Origin: a virus
Taxonomy: Duplodnaviria > Caudoviricetes
DNA: 58,225 bases
Reading direction: 5' to 3' (one strand)
IMG/VR virus record: IMGVR_UViG_3300022074_000042
Span: 1-58,225 of that record
Shown here: positions 46,016 to 55,156 of the stretch, one piece after another
How positions within the stretch are numbered: the first letter of the stretch is position 1
How the letters are laid out: each line of letters begins with the position of its first letter
Notes under the pieces: generated by a model
What the model was told of the DNA's origin: nothing
Database searches by the model: none
What the model saw: the letters and a program-made list of their open reading frames with translations, nothing else
Position numbers and translations under genes: made by a program

Positions 46016-48478
46016 ATGATGGGTCTAACCGATTTCAATTTAACACCCAAAGCAAAAAAGGGACTTAAGGATTCGCAAAAATTTGCAGAAGCTAATGGAC
46101 ATACTCTAGTAACAACAGCTCACCTAGTTTATGGTTGTATGATGAATATATCTGACAGTTGCGCTGTCAGGTTGAAATCTCATGATTTGCACGTAGTAGG
46201 CAAGAAATTTATTAAGCTGTTTAAAAAATACGCAGCTCAAAATAAAGAATATTTTCAAGCTTCTAAAGGCCAAGGAGGTTGGCATGAAGATGTAAATGAA
46301 ATTATATTTTTTGCTAGAGATTTTTCAGATAACTTTGATAGTTACTTTATAGGAATTGAACATATTCTTTATACCATTTTAGACATGGAGGGTCATTTCA
46401 TAGAATATATGAAGAGTAATGGTATCGATACTATACATGCCAAAGATATTATCGAAACGTATATTCTTGAGACAAGTATTCCTCCTACAGATCAAATAAA
46501 GAACGCATTGACTGACTCTGGGAGATTAGACATAGAAGGTAAAATGAAAGCTCGCAGTAAAAACGAACTTTCAGAGGATTCATTATCTAATTTAACAAAA
46601 TATTGTATTAACTTAAACGAAAAATTTGTTACGGAAAAAACCTCTCTTATCTCTGGCAGAGATCGTGAGATACATGAATTAGTAGAGATTTTATCTAAAA
46701 AGAATAAAAGTAATGCTATCTTAGTCGGAGATGCAGGTGTAGGTAAAACTGCTATAGTAGAGGGTCTGGTGCAAAAAATAATTAACCAAGAAAGCCCCCC
46801 TCACATGTCTTTAATGCAGATTTATTCTGTTGATATAAGCGCTATGGTAGCTGGCACAAAGTATAGGGGAGAGTTTGAGGAAAGATTTAAATCTCTCATC
46901 GCAGAAGTGGAGAAAGACTCTGGTATCATTTTGTTTTTTGACGAAATACATACAATAATAGGAGCGGGGAATTCTGAAGGTGCAGTCGATGCTTCTAATA
47001 TGCTCAAGCCAGCTTTAGCGAGAGGAGATATTAAATGTATTGGGGCTACGACCTCTCAAGAATATAAAAAATTCTTTGAGAAAGATACTGCGATGAAAAG
47101 AAGGTTTGATAAAATCTTTATTGAAGAACCTTCTAAAAAAGACACTAAAGACATTGTGATGAAAACGTTGCCTTATTACGAGGATTTTCATCATGTTAAG
47201 TATAAAGAGTCGGACGTAGATACTATTATTGATTTATGCGATAAGTTTCTAAGCAACAAAAAATTCCCAGATAAAGCGTTCGATATAATTGATCAATTAG
47301 GAGCGAGAACAAAAATAAAATACAATGAAGTCCCTTCTACTGTTGAGGAAGTAAGAACATCATTTTGCGAATTTTTAATGGGGACTACAGAGGATGAAAA
47401 GCTAGATGAAGAAAAATTTACCTCGATGCTAAAAAACTATCTGCAAGTTATGGCTCGATATGCAGAAAAAAAAGGTAGAAAGCAGAATATAAGACAAAAA
47501 GACATCCTTTCTGTTTTCGAAGAAAAGACGGGGTTATCTCCTAAAACAATAGCTAAAAACACTTCTTCTTTTACCAAATTCTACAACCAGATGAACTCTG
47601 AAGTTTTTGGTCAAGAGAAGAACATAAAAGTCATACATAACGCATTAGCATGTGTCAAAGCTGGCTTAAACGACCCTAAAAAGCCATTAAGTAACTTTTT
47701 GTTTATTGGTTCTACAAGTGTAGGCAAGACATTTACAGCTAAGAAAATAGCAAAATATTTCTTTGGTAACGAAAAATCATTTTTGCAGCTAAATATGAGT
47801 GAGTATCAAGATAAAACAGGTATCTCTAAACTCATGGGTGCTAACGCTGGCTATGTAGGATACGAAGAAGGTGGTCTACTAACTGAATACGTTAGAAATA
47901 ATCCTAACTGTGTTGTTTTGTTTGATGAGGTAGAGAAATGTGAGCCAAAAGTCTTAGATATCTTATTGCAAATACTAGACGAAGGGTATATCACAGACAA
48001 CCTTAATAGACGGATAGACTTGAGTAAAACTATAGTAGTTATGACTTCTAATGTGGGGTATAAAGAGAAAACCAAAAGAAGCATGGGCTTCTCTCCACAA
48101 ACAGAAAATGAAGATGAAATCTATAAAAACTCTCTCAAAAAATATTTTAGACCTGAATTGTTGGCTAGAGTAGATGAGGTTTTAGTTTTTAACGAGCTAG
48201 GAGAATCCGAGTTGCTTAAGATTATTAGAGCTGAATTATCAGCTATAGAAGACAGACTCTCTGAAAGAAACATTGAAATCTGTATAAATAAAAGCGTGGA
48301 AAAACACATCTTAAACGAAATTAAAATGCAAAAAAATCACGCTAGACAAATAAAAAATGCAGTAAAAGCTATTGTGCAGGTTCCTATTTCGAACTACATA
48401 GTAAAAAACAGAAATGTGGATAAAATTTCCATAAAAGTAGTTGACAAATCGCTAGAATTCTCTAAGATAGCTACATGA
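46016..48478 (+). CDS. ClpA/ClpC-type AAA+ ATPase
   Basis: Clp N-domain repeats, GDAGVGKT, GTKYRGEFEER, FFDEIH, PDKAFD, GSTSVGKT, GYVGYEEGG, LFDEVEK, SMGF loop, FRPELLARVD. Confidence 0.93.
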   Translation: MMGLTDFNLTPKAKKGLKDSQKFAEANGHTLVTTAHLVYGCMMNISDSCAVRLKSHDLHVVGKKFIKLFKKYAAQNKEYFQASKGQGGWHEDVNEIIFFARDFSDNFDSYFIGIEHILYTILDMEGHFIEYMKSNGIDTIHAKDIIETYILETSIPPTDQIKNALTDSGRLDIEGKMKARSKNELSEDSLSNLTKYCINLNEKFVTEKTSLISGRDREIHELVEILSKKNKSNAILVGDAGVGKTAIVEGLVQKIINQESPPHMSLMQIYSVDISAMVAGTKYRGEFEERFKSLIAEVEKDSGIILFFDEIHTIIGAGNSEGAVDASNMLKPALARGDIKCIGATTSQEYKKFFEKDTAMKRRFDKIFIEEPSKKDTKDIVMKTLPYYEDFHHVKYKESDVDTIIDLCDKFLSNKKFPDKAFDIIDQLGARTKIKYNEVPSTVEEVRTSFCEFLMGTTEDEKLDEEKFTSMLKNYLQVMARYAEKKGRKQNIRQKDILSVFEEKTGLSPKTIAKNTSSFTKFYNQMNSEVFGQEKNIKVIHNALACVKAGLNDPKKPLSNFLFIGSTSVGKTFTAKKIAKYFFGNEKSFLQLNMSEYQDKTGISKLMGANAGYVGYEEGGLLTEYVRNNPNCVVLFDEVEKCEPKVLDILLQILDEGYITDNLNRRIDLSKTIVVMTSNVGYKEKTKRSMGFSPQTENEDEIYKNSLKKYFRPELLARVDEVLVFNELGESELLKIIRAELSAIEDRLSERNIEICINKSVEKHILNEIKMQKNHARQIKNAVKAIVQVPISNYIVKNRNVDKISIKVVDKSLEFSKIAT
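48441..48468 (+). promoter_or_regulatory. sigma70 promoter TTGACA-16-TAAGAT, leaderless
   Basis: ATG 48475 lies 6 nt after the -10 box. Confidence 0.7.
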
Positions 48479-48699
48479 AGAAAGTCAACATGCGAGTAAT
48501 GAAAGCTATCCGTGATTCCAAAGGACGTTTCTTTGGTCTCTACACGAAGCAGGGTGAATCACTCAACGCCCAACTTGAATCAGAAACAGATCAAACAATT
48601 GTGGTTTATGATCGCAATTTTAATCGTACCCGCCGCTTTTCTAAAGCCAGTATTTCTGGGGTTCGAATCGCAAAAAAGAATTTTGGTAAGGTCTTCTAG
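48475..48699 (+). CDS. Small basic hypothetical protein
   Basis: 74 aa with its own promoter and terminator; codon usage resembles highly expressed genes. Confidence 0.7.
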   Translation: MKKVNMRVMKAIRDSKGRFFGLYTKQGESLNAQLESETDQTIVVYDRNFNRTRRFSKASISGVRIAKKNFGKVF

Positions 48700-48717
48700 T
48701 CTTGCTGGATATATGGT

Positions 48718-48733
48718 CATCTAATATTAGATG
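48718..48733. repeat. Perfect 16-bp palindrome CATCTAATATTAGATG
   Basis: Self-complementary and intergenic. Confidence 0.8.
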
Positions 48734-48746
48734 GTTTGCTCATGTG

Positions 48747-48780
48747 GAAGCCCCCTCTTGAAAAAGAGGGGGTTTCTTTT
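48747..48780 (+). terminator. Rho-independent terminator overlapping a TTGAAA-16-TATTAT promoter
   Basis: GAAGCCCCCTCT-TGAAAA-AGAGGGGGTTTC-TTTT. Confidence 0.8.
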
Positions 48781-48790
48781 ATTATAGTCG

Positions 48791-49855
48791 ATGAAGCTTT
48801 CTTCCCTCTTTAAAGGCAAAGTTTATGCTTTCCCACAAACTCAAAATCAAGAACAAGATTTAACTTTTGCGGGTAAAGTAATAGAAAAAGTAGATCCCAA
48901 ATTAGATATAGCTAACATTTCTTTGGGTAAAATTAATGATAATTATGATGTTTTCACGATAACAGATACAAATCAGAAAAATTATAAATTAAAAATATCT
49001 TTGGATGATTCTGATGGTATCTTAAAAAAAGAAGCTTCTGTTGTAAAAAACAGTAAGTCAAAAACTGTGCCTAAGTTTAAAAGTTACGGTGAAATTAAAA
49101 TAGGAGAAAATATTTCTTATTTACTTACAATTATCCCACCTTATGAAAGCGTCAGAGATTACGGAAGATCATGCCTAATTGAGAATATGGATTTATTTTT
49201 CCGTAATTACTTTGATTTCCAATGTACTAAATCCGTTCGGCCTACATATAAGACTTCATTAGATAAGTTTTTTAATAATTTAGACCCTCAAAACTATTTA
49301 CCAAAAGATTCTCTCCGAGCATTTGAGAGTTATACAGATTATTCTTTGTGCCGAGAATTTATGATCGAATTAAAAGAAGAGACGTATGGATTGACCCAAA
49401 AAATACACCTTCCTTATAATTTTAAATGTCACGGCAATCTCTCTTTAGATAATATATTTTTTGATAAAAAAATGTTTTATTTTGATGGGTTTCAGTCTGT
49501 ATACATGGGCCATCCATTCATTGATTTAGTTGATTTCTTTTTAGAAGTAGGATTACCTGAAGAAGACCAATACCGAATCTTGTCTCAATTTTGTGCAGTG
49601 GGAGAATTACCTGAAGAAAGAGGTTATTTTAAAGCTCTATATGAAATTCAACTTAGAAAAAAATTGGGAGATTTAATCTCTAATTACATAAAAGAAATTT
49701 ATATTTACGATTCATATCGTTACGATAATATTTTGAATATAGCAGATGTTTTTTCCCATTGTTACGAGAGGTTCTGTAAAGTAGAAATTTTCAATAAAAA
49801 CAGAGATTTTATCATGAAAACTATCTGTGAGCCTATTTTTGGTGTAAAAGCTTAA
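48791..49855 (+). CDS. APH/choline-kinase-like protein, probably a pseudokinase
   Basis: YKLKI, LKKE, CHGNLSLDNI (HGD changed to HGN), FDGF, GHPFIDL. Confidence 0.65.
   Translation: MKLSSLFKGKVYAFPQTQNQEQDLTFAGKVIEKVDPKLDIANISLGKINDNYDVFTITDTNQKNYKLKISLDDSDGILKKEASVVKNSKSKTVPKFKSYGEIKIGENISYLLTIIPPYESVRDYGRSCLIENMDLFFRNYFDFQCTKSVRPTYKTSLDKFFNNLDPQNYLPKDSLRAFESYTDYSLCREFMIELKEETYGLTQKIHLPYNFKCHGNLSLDNIFFDKKMFYFDGFQSVYMGHPFIDLVDFFLEVGLPEEDQYRILSQFCAVGELPEERGYFKALYEIQLRKKLGDLISNYIKEIYIYDSYRYDNILNIADVFSHCYERFCKVEIFNKNRDFIMKTICEPIFGVKA
49841..49848 (+). promoter_or_regulatory. GGTGTAAA late motif
   Basis: 9 nt upstream of ATG 49858. Confidence 0.45.
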
Positions 49856-49857
49856 GT

Positions 49858-50382
49858 ATGCCACTACCATCACCTAGAGACGGAGAAAAGAAGTCTAAGT
49901 TTATGAGTCGCTGCATGGTCGATCTCACAGCTAAAGACGAATTTAAGGACGTTAAACAAAGAGCTGCTGTTTGTGCTTCTCAATTTGATAAAGCTGAAAG
50001 TAAAGCTTCTGTTGTCGTGCAAAATCCTTGGGATGAGACTGATGTATTTTATTATTTCTCCAAGTCTAGCCCACAAGAAATGGATCATTATTTTGATACA
50101 AAAGAAAAAGCTTTAGAAGATGCTAAAAAACTAGGTTTGAAGGGCTTCCATACTCACAAAAATGATGACGGGAAAACTATGTATATGGCTGGCCCTGATC
50201 ATGAGTCGTTTATGAAACGACATAATGAAATTCTTAAAAAGAAAGATGAATCTGATAGTAGTCTTTGGGAAAATATCAGAAAGAAAAGGGAAAGAATTAA
50301 AAGCGGATCTGGTGAAAAGATGCGTAAAAAGGGAGATAAAGGCGCTCCTACTCCCGATCAAATTAAAAAAGCTAAAAATTAA
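49858..50382 (+). CDS. Mosaic small-domain phage protein, probably head-associated
   Basis: Three short modules: MPLPSPRDGEKKSKFMSRCM, GLKGFHTH...YMAG, LWENIRKKRERIKSGSGEKMRKKG. Confidence 0.45.
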   Translation: MPLPSPRDGEKKSKFMSRCMVDLTAKDEFKDVKQRAAVCASQFDKAESKASVVVQNPWDETDVFYYFSKSSPQEMDHYFDTKEKALEDAKKLGLKGFHTHKNDDGKTMYMAGPDHESFMKRHNEILKKKDESDSSLWENIRKKRERIKSGSGEKMRKKGDKGAPTPDQIKKAKN

Positions 50383-50388
50383 TTTATG

Positions 50389-50416
50389 TAGAAAAAAAGC
50401 CCTAGTTGCTTAATAT
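50389..50416 (+). promoter_or_regulatory. sigma70-like promoter TAGAAA-16-TAATAT, leaderless
   Basis: ATG 50422 lies 5 nt after the -10 box. Confidence 0.45.
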
Positions 50417-50421
50417 TCTAC

Positions 50422-50904
50422 ATGATTGTTCAGTATTATAAACCTAATTCTAGTAATAAAGGTTGTGCTTTTAGTTTCGATATTGGAGCTAATAACAAGA
50501 ATCAAGAACCATGTGTTTATATCCGTGCTGTGAAACAGTATTCTTGGAATGATAAGACACGGACAGGTTCATTTTCTGAAAACGCTAAAGACCCAGATAA
50601 GTCTATTTCTATCAAATTGAACGAAAACGAAATTGGTGGATTTATTCATGCTATAGAAAAGTATACTGAATTTTCAGCCTTTCACTCTTACGAAGATAAT
50701 AAAACTTCTATCTCGTTCAAACCTTATCAAAAAAGGGATGGAACTTCTGCTTTCTCATTCGGGGTTACAAGAAATTCAGCTAATAAGTTTGGCATTGGAG
50801 TTGAGATGTCAGAAGCTTATAATCTTTTAGAATTCTGTAAATTTTATCTCCAAGAGCTTTATATACATCGCTTGACTAAAAATAATAATTTGCGGGATAA
50901 ATGA
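50422..50904 (+). CDS. Hypothetical protein, possibly a Whirly/PC4-like ssDNA-binding fold
   Basis: Two beta-sheet-plus-helix repeats (KGCAFSF...SIKLNENEIGGF and SAFSFGV...GIGVEMSEAYNL). Confidence 0.35.
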   Translation: MIVQYYKPNSSNKGCAFSFDIGANNKNQEPCVYIRAVKQYSWNDKTRTGSFSENAKDPDKSISIKLNENEIGGFIHAIEKYTEFSAFHSYEDNKTSISFKPYQKRDGTSAFSFGVTRNSANKFGIGVEMSEAYNLLEFCKFYLQELYIHRLTKNNNLRDK

Positions 50905-52793
50905 GCAAAAAAAAGACTGTTTTAATACATTCTAATTTTTGTCGAGCTTATACAGGTTTCGGTAAAAATAAAAAAAATATTCTTCGCTACCTATATAATA
51001 CAGGGAAGTATAATATTGTAGAGCTAGCTAACGGAGTTCAATGGGACGATCCTACTACAAAGCTTTTGCCTTGGGAATGCCGAGGGTCTGGCTTACCACC
51101 TAACGAATTACAGGGGTTAAGTGCTGAAGATCAAAGAGCTGAAGGTTATGGGCGCAAATTAGTAGATAAAGCTATTAAAGAGTTCAAACCAGATGTTTAT
51201 ATAGGCATGGAAGACATTTGGGCTTTCAATTCGTTTCATACGAAGCCTTGGTGGAATAAAATCAATACAATGATTTGGACTACACTGGATAGTCTTCCGA
51301 TTTTGCCCCAAGCTATTGAATATGCTCCTAAAATCAAAAATTATTATGTTTGGGCTTCTTTCGCAGAGACAGCGATGAAAGAGATGGGGTATAACCATGT
51401 AAAAACTTTAAGAGGATCTTTAGACACTAGTAAATTTTTTAGATTGAGCGATGAAAAGAGATCTTCTTTAAGAAAGTCTAATAATTTATCTGATGAGTTT
51501 ATTGTCGGATTTGTATTTAGAAACCAATTAAGAAAGAGCGTTCCCAATATGCTCGAAGGTTTTAAATTATTTAAAGAAAAAGAGCCAAAAGCAAAATTGC
51601 TACTACACACACACTGGTCTGAAGGTTGGGATATCCCTAGACTGATTAAAGAAAAAGGCATCAATCCAGAAGATGTTCTTACTACTTATATTTGCAATAA
51701 ATGCGGAGTGTATCATATATCTCCTTTCAGGGGGCAAGAACTTACATGTGCTTCTTGTGGCACACAAAAATCTGTGAACACAACTAACACAGGTAGGGGG
51801 GTAAGTGATTCTCAATTAAACGAAATCTACAATTTGATGGATGTATACTGCCATCCTTTTACAAGTGGTGGCCAAGAGATTCCGATCCAAGAAGCTAAAC
51901 TCACAGAGATGATTACTTTAGTAACTAATTATTCTTGTGGAGAAGATAGCTGTTCAGAAGAGTCTGGGGGCATTCCTTTAGAGTGGAGTGAGTATAGAGA
52001 ACCTGGGACTCAATTTATTAAAGCGTCTACTTCTGCGGATGATATAGCTAAAAAGCTAGAGTTAGTTCGAGATATGGAGCAGGAGAAGAGAGTGGCTATG
52101 GAGAAAAAATCTAGACGGTGGGTTGTAGATAATTTCAGTGTCGAAGTAATCGGCGAACAGCTCGAAGAGATAATTGATGAAATGCCTCCTATAGATTATG
52201 ATTTTGATTCTAAAGGTATGGATTATAACCCTAATTATCAACCTAGAAACAACTACACCTCTCAAGAAGAGTTTATAATTGATATTTATAAAAATATTTT
52301 ATGCGATGATGTTGACGAAAATTCCCAAGGTTTTAAACACTGGATGACTCAACTAAGATCTGGCAAAAGTGCAACTGAAGTAGTCGATTACTTTAAAAAA
52401 GTAGCTACACAAGAAACTCAAAAGCTAAAAACTCCTTCTTTGGAAGAATTGCTATCTAAAGAAGGGGACGGCAAAAGAATAGCTGTAGTCATACCCCAGA
52501 GTGAGGTGGATGTCTTATTGGTTAATTCTTTATTGAAAAACCTGAAGTCACAATATAAAGGGCATAACATTTATATTTTCACCAAACCTGAATGCTACTC
52601 TTATATTGATGACAACCCAGCTATTTATAAATTACTTCCTTACAATCCTGTGGTAGAAAACTCGTTAGTAATGGAGGGTGTTTCTGATCACGAAGGTTAT
52701 TTCGATATGGTGTTTTATCCACATTCTACTACCCAAAAAAATATATCTTATATCCATAATGGGTTAGATAAACATGAATTCTCACTAAAATAA
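50901..52793 (+). CDS. Multidomain GT4 glycosyltransferase with Zn-ribbon insert, DUF4214-like module and GT9-like C-terminus
   Basis: TGFG, RNQLRK, CNKC...CASC, GGQEIPIQEA, FIIDIYKNILCDDVDENSQGFKHW, DVLLVNSLLKNLK...NPAI. Confidence 0.75.
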   Translation: MSKKKTVLIHSNFCRAYTGFGKNKKNILRYLYNTGKYNIVELANGVQWDDPTTKLLPWECRGSGLPPNELQGLSAEDQRAEGYGRKLVDKAIKEFKPDVYIGMEDIWAFNSFHTKPWWNKINTMIWTTLDSLPILPQAIEYAPKIKNYYVWASFAETAMKEMGYNHVKTLRGSLDTSKFFRLSDEKRSSLRKSNNLSDEFIVGFVFRNQLRKSVPNMLEGFKLFKEKEPKAKLLLHTHWSEGWDIPRLIKEKGINPEDVLTTYICNKCGVYHISPFRGQELTCASCGTQKSVNTTNTGRGVSDSQLNEIYNLMDVYCHPFTSGGQEIPIQEAKLTEMITLVTNYSCGEDSCSEESGGIPLEWSEYREPGTQFIKASTSADDIAKKLELVRDMEQEKRVAMEKKSRRWVVDNFSVEVIGEQLEEIIDEMPPIDYDFDSKGMDYNPNYQPRNNYTSQEEFIIDIYKNILCDDVDENSQGFKHWMTQLRSGKSATEVVDYFKKVATQETQKLKTPSLEELLSKEGDGKRIAVVIPQSEVDVLLVNSLLKNLKSQYKGHNIYIFTKPECYSYIDDNPAIYKLLPYNPVVENSLVMEGVSDHEGYFDMVFYPHSTTQKNISYIHNGLDKHEFSLK

Positions 52794-53935
52794 TGGCTCA
52801 TTTAATAGAAGAATACGCAAAAAGTTTAGGCGTTAAAATAAGTAGTCCTGTCGTAAAAGACCACTACTTTCCTATTTGTTTTGATAAGTATATCACTATT
52901 CATCAAGCTTCTAATGTTTCTTCAAAAACTTACTCTCACTACGATATAGTAGTCCGTCTATTAAAACCTTTTTTAGAACGCGCAAAAATTAAAGTTATAC
53001 AGTTGGGGGGTTCCAAAAAAATAGAAGGGGTAGACGCTGCTTTAAATATTTCTTTTAAACAGCAGTCTTTTATTTTATCTAAATCTTTAGTTCATTTGGG
53101 GTGCGATAGCGCTTTAGCCCAGCTATCTAGCTCTAAAAAAATACCTACAGTCACTTTATTCGGTAATGTTTTCGCTGCTAATGCAAAACCTGCTTTTTCT
53201 GATGAGTCAATAAATGTGGCACTAGAGCCTAAATGGGATAAAAAACCATGTTTTAGTATCGAAGATCCGAAAAAACAAATCGACAATATAAAACCTGAAG
53301 TTGTTGCTCAATCTGTTTTAAATTTTCTTGAAATAGAAAAAGAAGATATTAGATTTAACACTAAATATGTAGGTTCATCATTCCAAAATCCTGTCGTAGA
53401 AGTTATTCCAACTTCTTTCGCCCCTCTAAAGTTAAAATCTGGGCAAGAATTAATGATTCGCGCTGATTATGCTTTCGATGAGGATTGTTTTATGAAGTAT
53501 TGCTCTTCATACCCTGTCACTATTTTTGCAAACAGTTTGATCCAACCTCATGGACTGCAAAAAATAGCAAAAAATGTAAATAAATTTTATTTATTTTTAG
53601 ATGAGACTTGGGATTCTATTCCAGAAAACTATTTTGAAATACTAAAAAACATGGATATTGACTTCTCTATAATAGTCAAAAAAGAAGAGGAATTAAGCAG
53701 TATAAGGAATAAATATTTTGATATTCCTGTAATACCTTATCTGAATGATAAAAAAGCTCCTTGTGAGATTGGTGAGGATTCTAGGTTCATGTCTTCCTTG
53801 AGGCTTATCGAGGGAGGTAAAGAATATTTAAGTTACGCTCACTGGAAAAAAGGTCTTGACAGCAATAATAAAGTGCTTGATACTCCTGAATATTGGAGAG
53901 AATCAGACCATTTTTATATTTATGAGCGCGACTAA
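52793..53935 (+). CDS. GT9 (heptosyltransferase-like) glycosyltransferase
   Basis: YITIH...KTY, VIQLGG, HLGCDSALAQLSSSKKIPTVTLFG. Confidence 0.7.
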   Translation: MAHLIEEYAKSLGVKISSPVVKDHYFPICFDKYITIHQASNVSSKTYSHYDIVVRLLKPFLERAKIKVIQLGGSKKIEGVDAALNISFKQQSFILSKSLVHLGCDSALAQLSSSKKIPTVTLFGNVFAANAKPAFSDESINVALEPKWDKKPCFSIEDPKKQIDNIKPEVVAQSVLNFLEIEKEDIRFNTKYVGSSFQNPVVEVIPTSFAPLKLKSGQELMIRADYAFDEDCFMKYCSSYPVTIFANSLIQPHGLQKIAKNVNKFYLFLDETWDSIPENYFEILKNMDIDFSIIVKKEEELSSIRNKYFDIPVIPYLNDKKAPCEIGEDSRFMSSLRLIEGGKEYLSYAHWKKGLDSNNKVLDTPEYWRESDHFYIYERD

Positions 53936-54701
53936 AACAGCAAAAAAGAAAACAGCAAAGAAATTCTATGGACCAGATGCGTATCAACGCAACGAGCATG
54001 GTTTATTAGAGAATGTGGATTATGTATTCAACGAGGATGGATCTGTTGATTGGAGGGCGATGATTAAGCCAGAGTTCTTGTATCCCAACAAAGGTTGGTT
54101 CGATGCACGAAATAAGCCATTACCCACATCGACAGAGGGCTTAGATGATAAGCAACTCCTAATTATGCTTGGAGGTATTAAGGAACTTGCCAAGATGCGT
54201 GGATACTACAAAGTAGCCTTTAAAACAGAGAATATCGCAGAAGGATATGTCACTGCTAAATGCACTATACAGTGGATCAACAACTACGAATCAGCGGTTT
54301 GCGGAGTCTCTTACTCTGACGTAGCTAATGCAACCCTAGCAAACACAGACGCTTTTTGCGCTAAGTTTCTAGAAACTATTGCTTGTAATAGAGCTTTTGT
54401 CCGTTGTGTTCGCAATTATCTTAACATCCACATCGTTGGAGCAGATGAGATTGACAAGTCACAAGGGGCAGGTCAAGCAGTTGAGGCAGATGCTATAGCT
54501 ACCCCTGTTACTCCTGTAGAGCTTCTTATGAAGACGTTAAGAGAAAAGCATGGAGTAGATTCATTTGAGTCATGCAAAGATGTTTTGCGCGACTTATGGA
54601 AGAGTGAAAAATATAGAAACGAAGAAGCTAAGACATGGAGTTCTTTTTCTGATATCCCAGCTAAAGAAGCCAGAAAGCTTATCGTCGCTTTGAATAAATG
54701 A
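53922..54701 (+). CDS. Rad52/Sak-like single-strand annealing protein
   Basis: LGGIKELA, VTAKCTI, ETIACNRAFVRCVRNYLNI...DEI. Start taken at ATG 53922. Confidence 0.5.
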   Translation: MSATKTAKKKTAKKFYGPDAYQRNEHGLLENVDYVFNEDGSVDWRAMIKPEFLYPNKGWFDARNKPLPTSTEGLDDKQLLIMLGGIKELAKMRGYYKVAFKTENIAEGYVTAKCTIQWINNYESAVCGVSYSDVANATLANTDAFCAKFLETIACNRAFVRCVRNYLNIHIVGADEIDKSQGAGQAVEADAIATPVTPVELLMKTLREKHGVDSFESCKDVLRDLWKSEKYRNEEAKTWSSFSDIPAKEARKLIVALNK

Positions 54702-55156
54702 TCAAGAGGATACTAGACCCTCAAGAATTTAAAGTTCTTTTGGATGACATTTTCCCTCTATTTGATATGGAGAATAAAAAACAAGGTCACGCTCTACTAA
54801 AACACAATAAAGAGTATATTTTTAATGCTTTTGGTGATAAATCTATCTTGGCTTGGGATTTCTTTGTTTGGGCTAATTATAATAGCCAAGGAAAATTCGA
54901 TGCTGTAATTGCATTTTTGAATAATAAAAACGAGAAATTTGGAGAAGAAATTTTTGCGGAATATATTTGGCTTTCTAAAAATCCAAAGATGGGTCAAAAG
55001 CTTTTGGGGACTGCTATGAAGTTCGCTAGAGAAAAAGAGTTTAAATATGTGATGATGAGTTGCGTAGAAGCTCATCCCAAATCCCGCAAAGTAGCTAAAT
55101 TCTACGAAAAAATGGGATTTATTAAAGATTCCGAAACATACATTGCTAAATTATGA
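54698..55156 (+). CDS. GNAT family acetyltransferase
   Basis: GQKLL...A...KFYEKMGF acetyl-CoA motifs. Confidence 0.75.
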   Translation: MIKRILDPQEFKVLLDDIFPLFDMENKKQGHALLKHNKEYIFNAFGDKSILAWDFFVWANYNSQGKFDAVIAFLNNKNEKFGEEIFAEYIWLSKNPKMGQKLLGTAMKFAREKEFKYVMMSCVEAHPKSRKVAKFYEKMGFIKDSETYIAKL

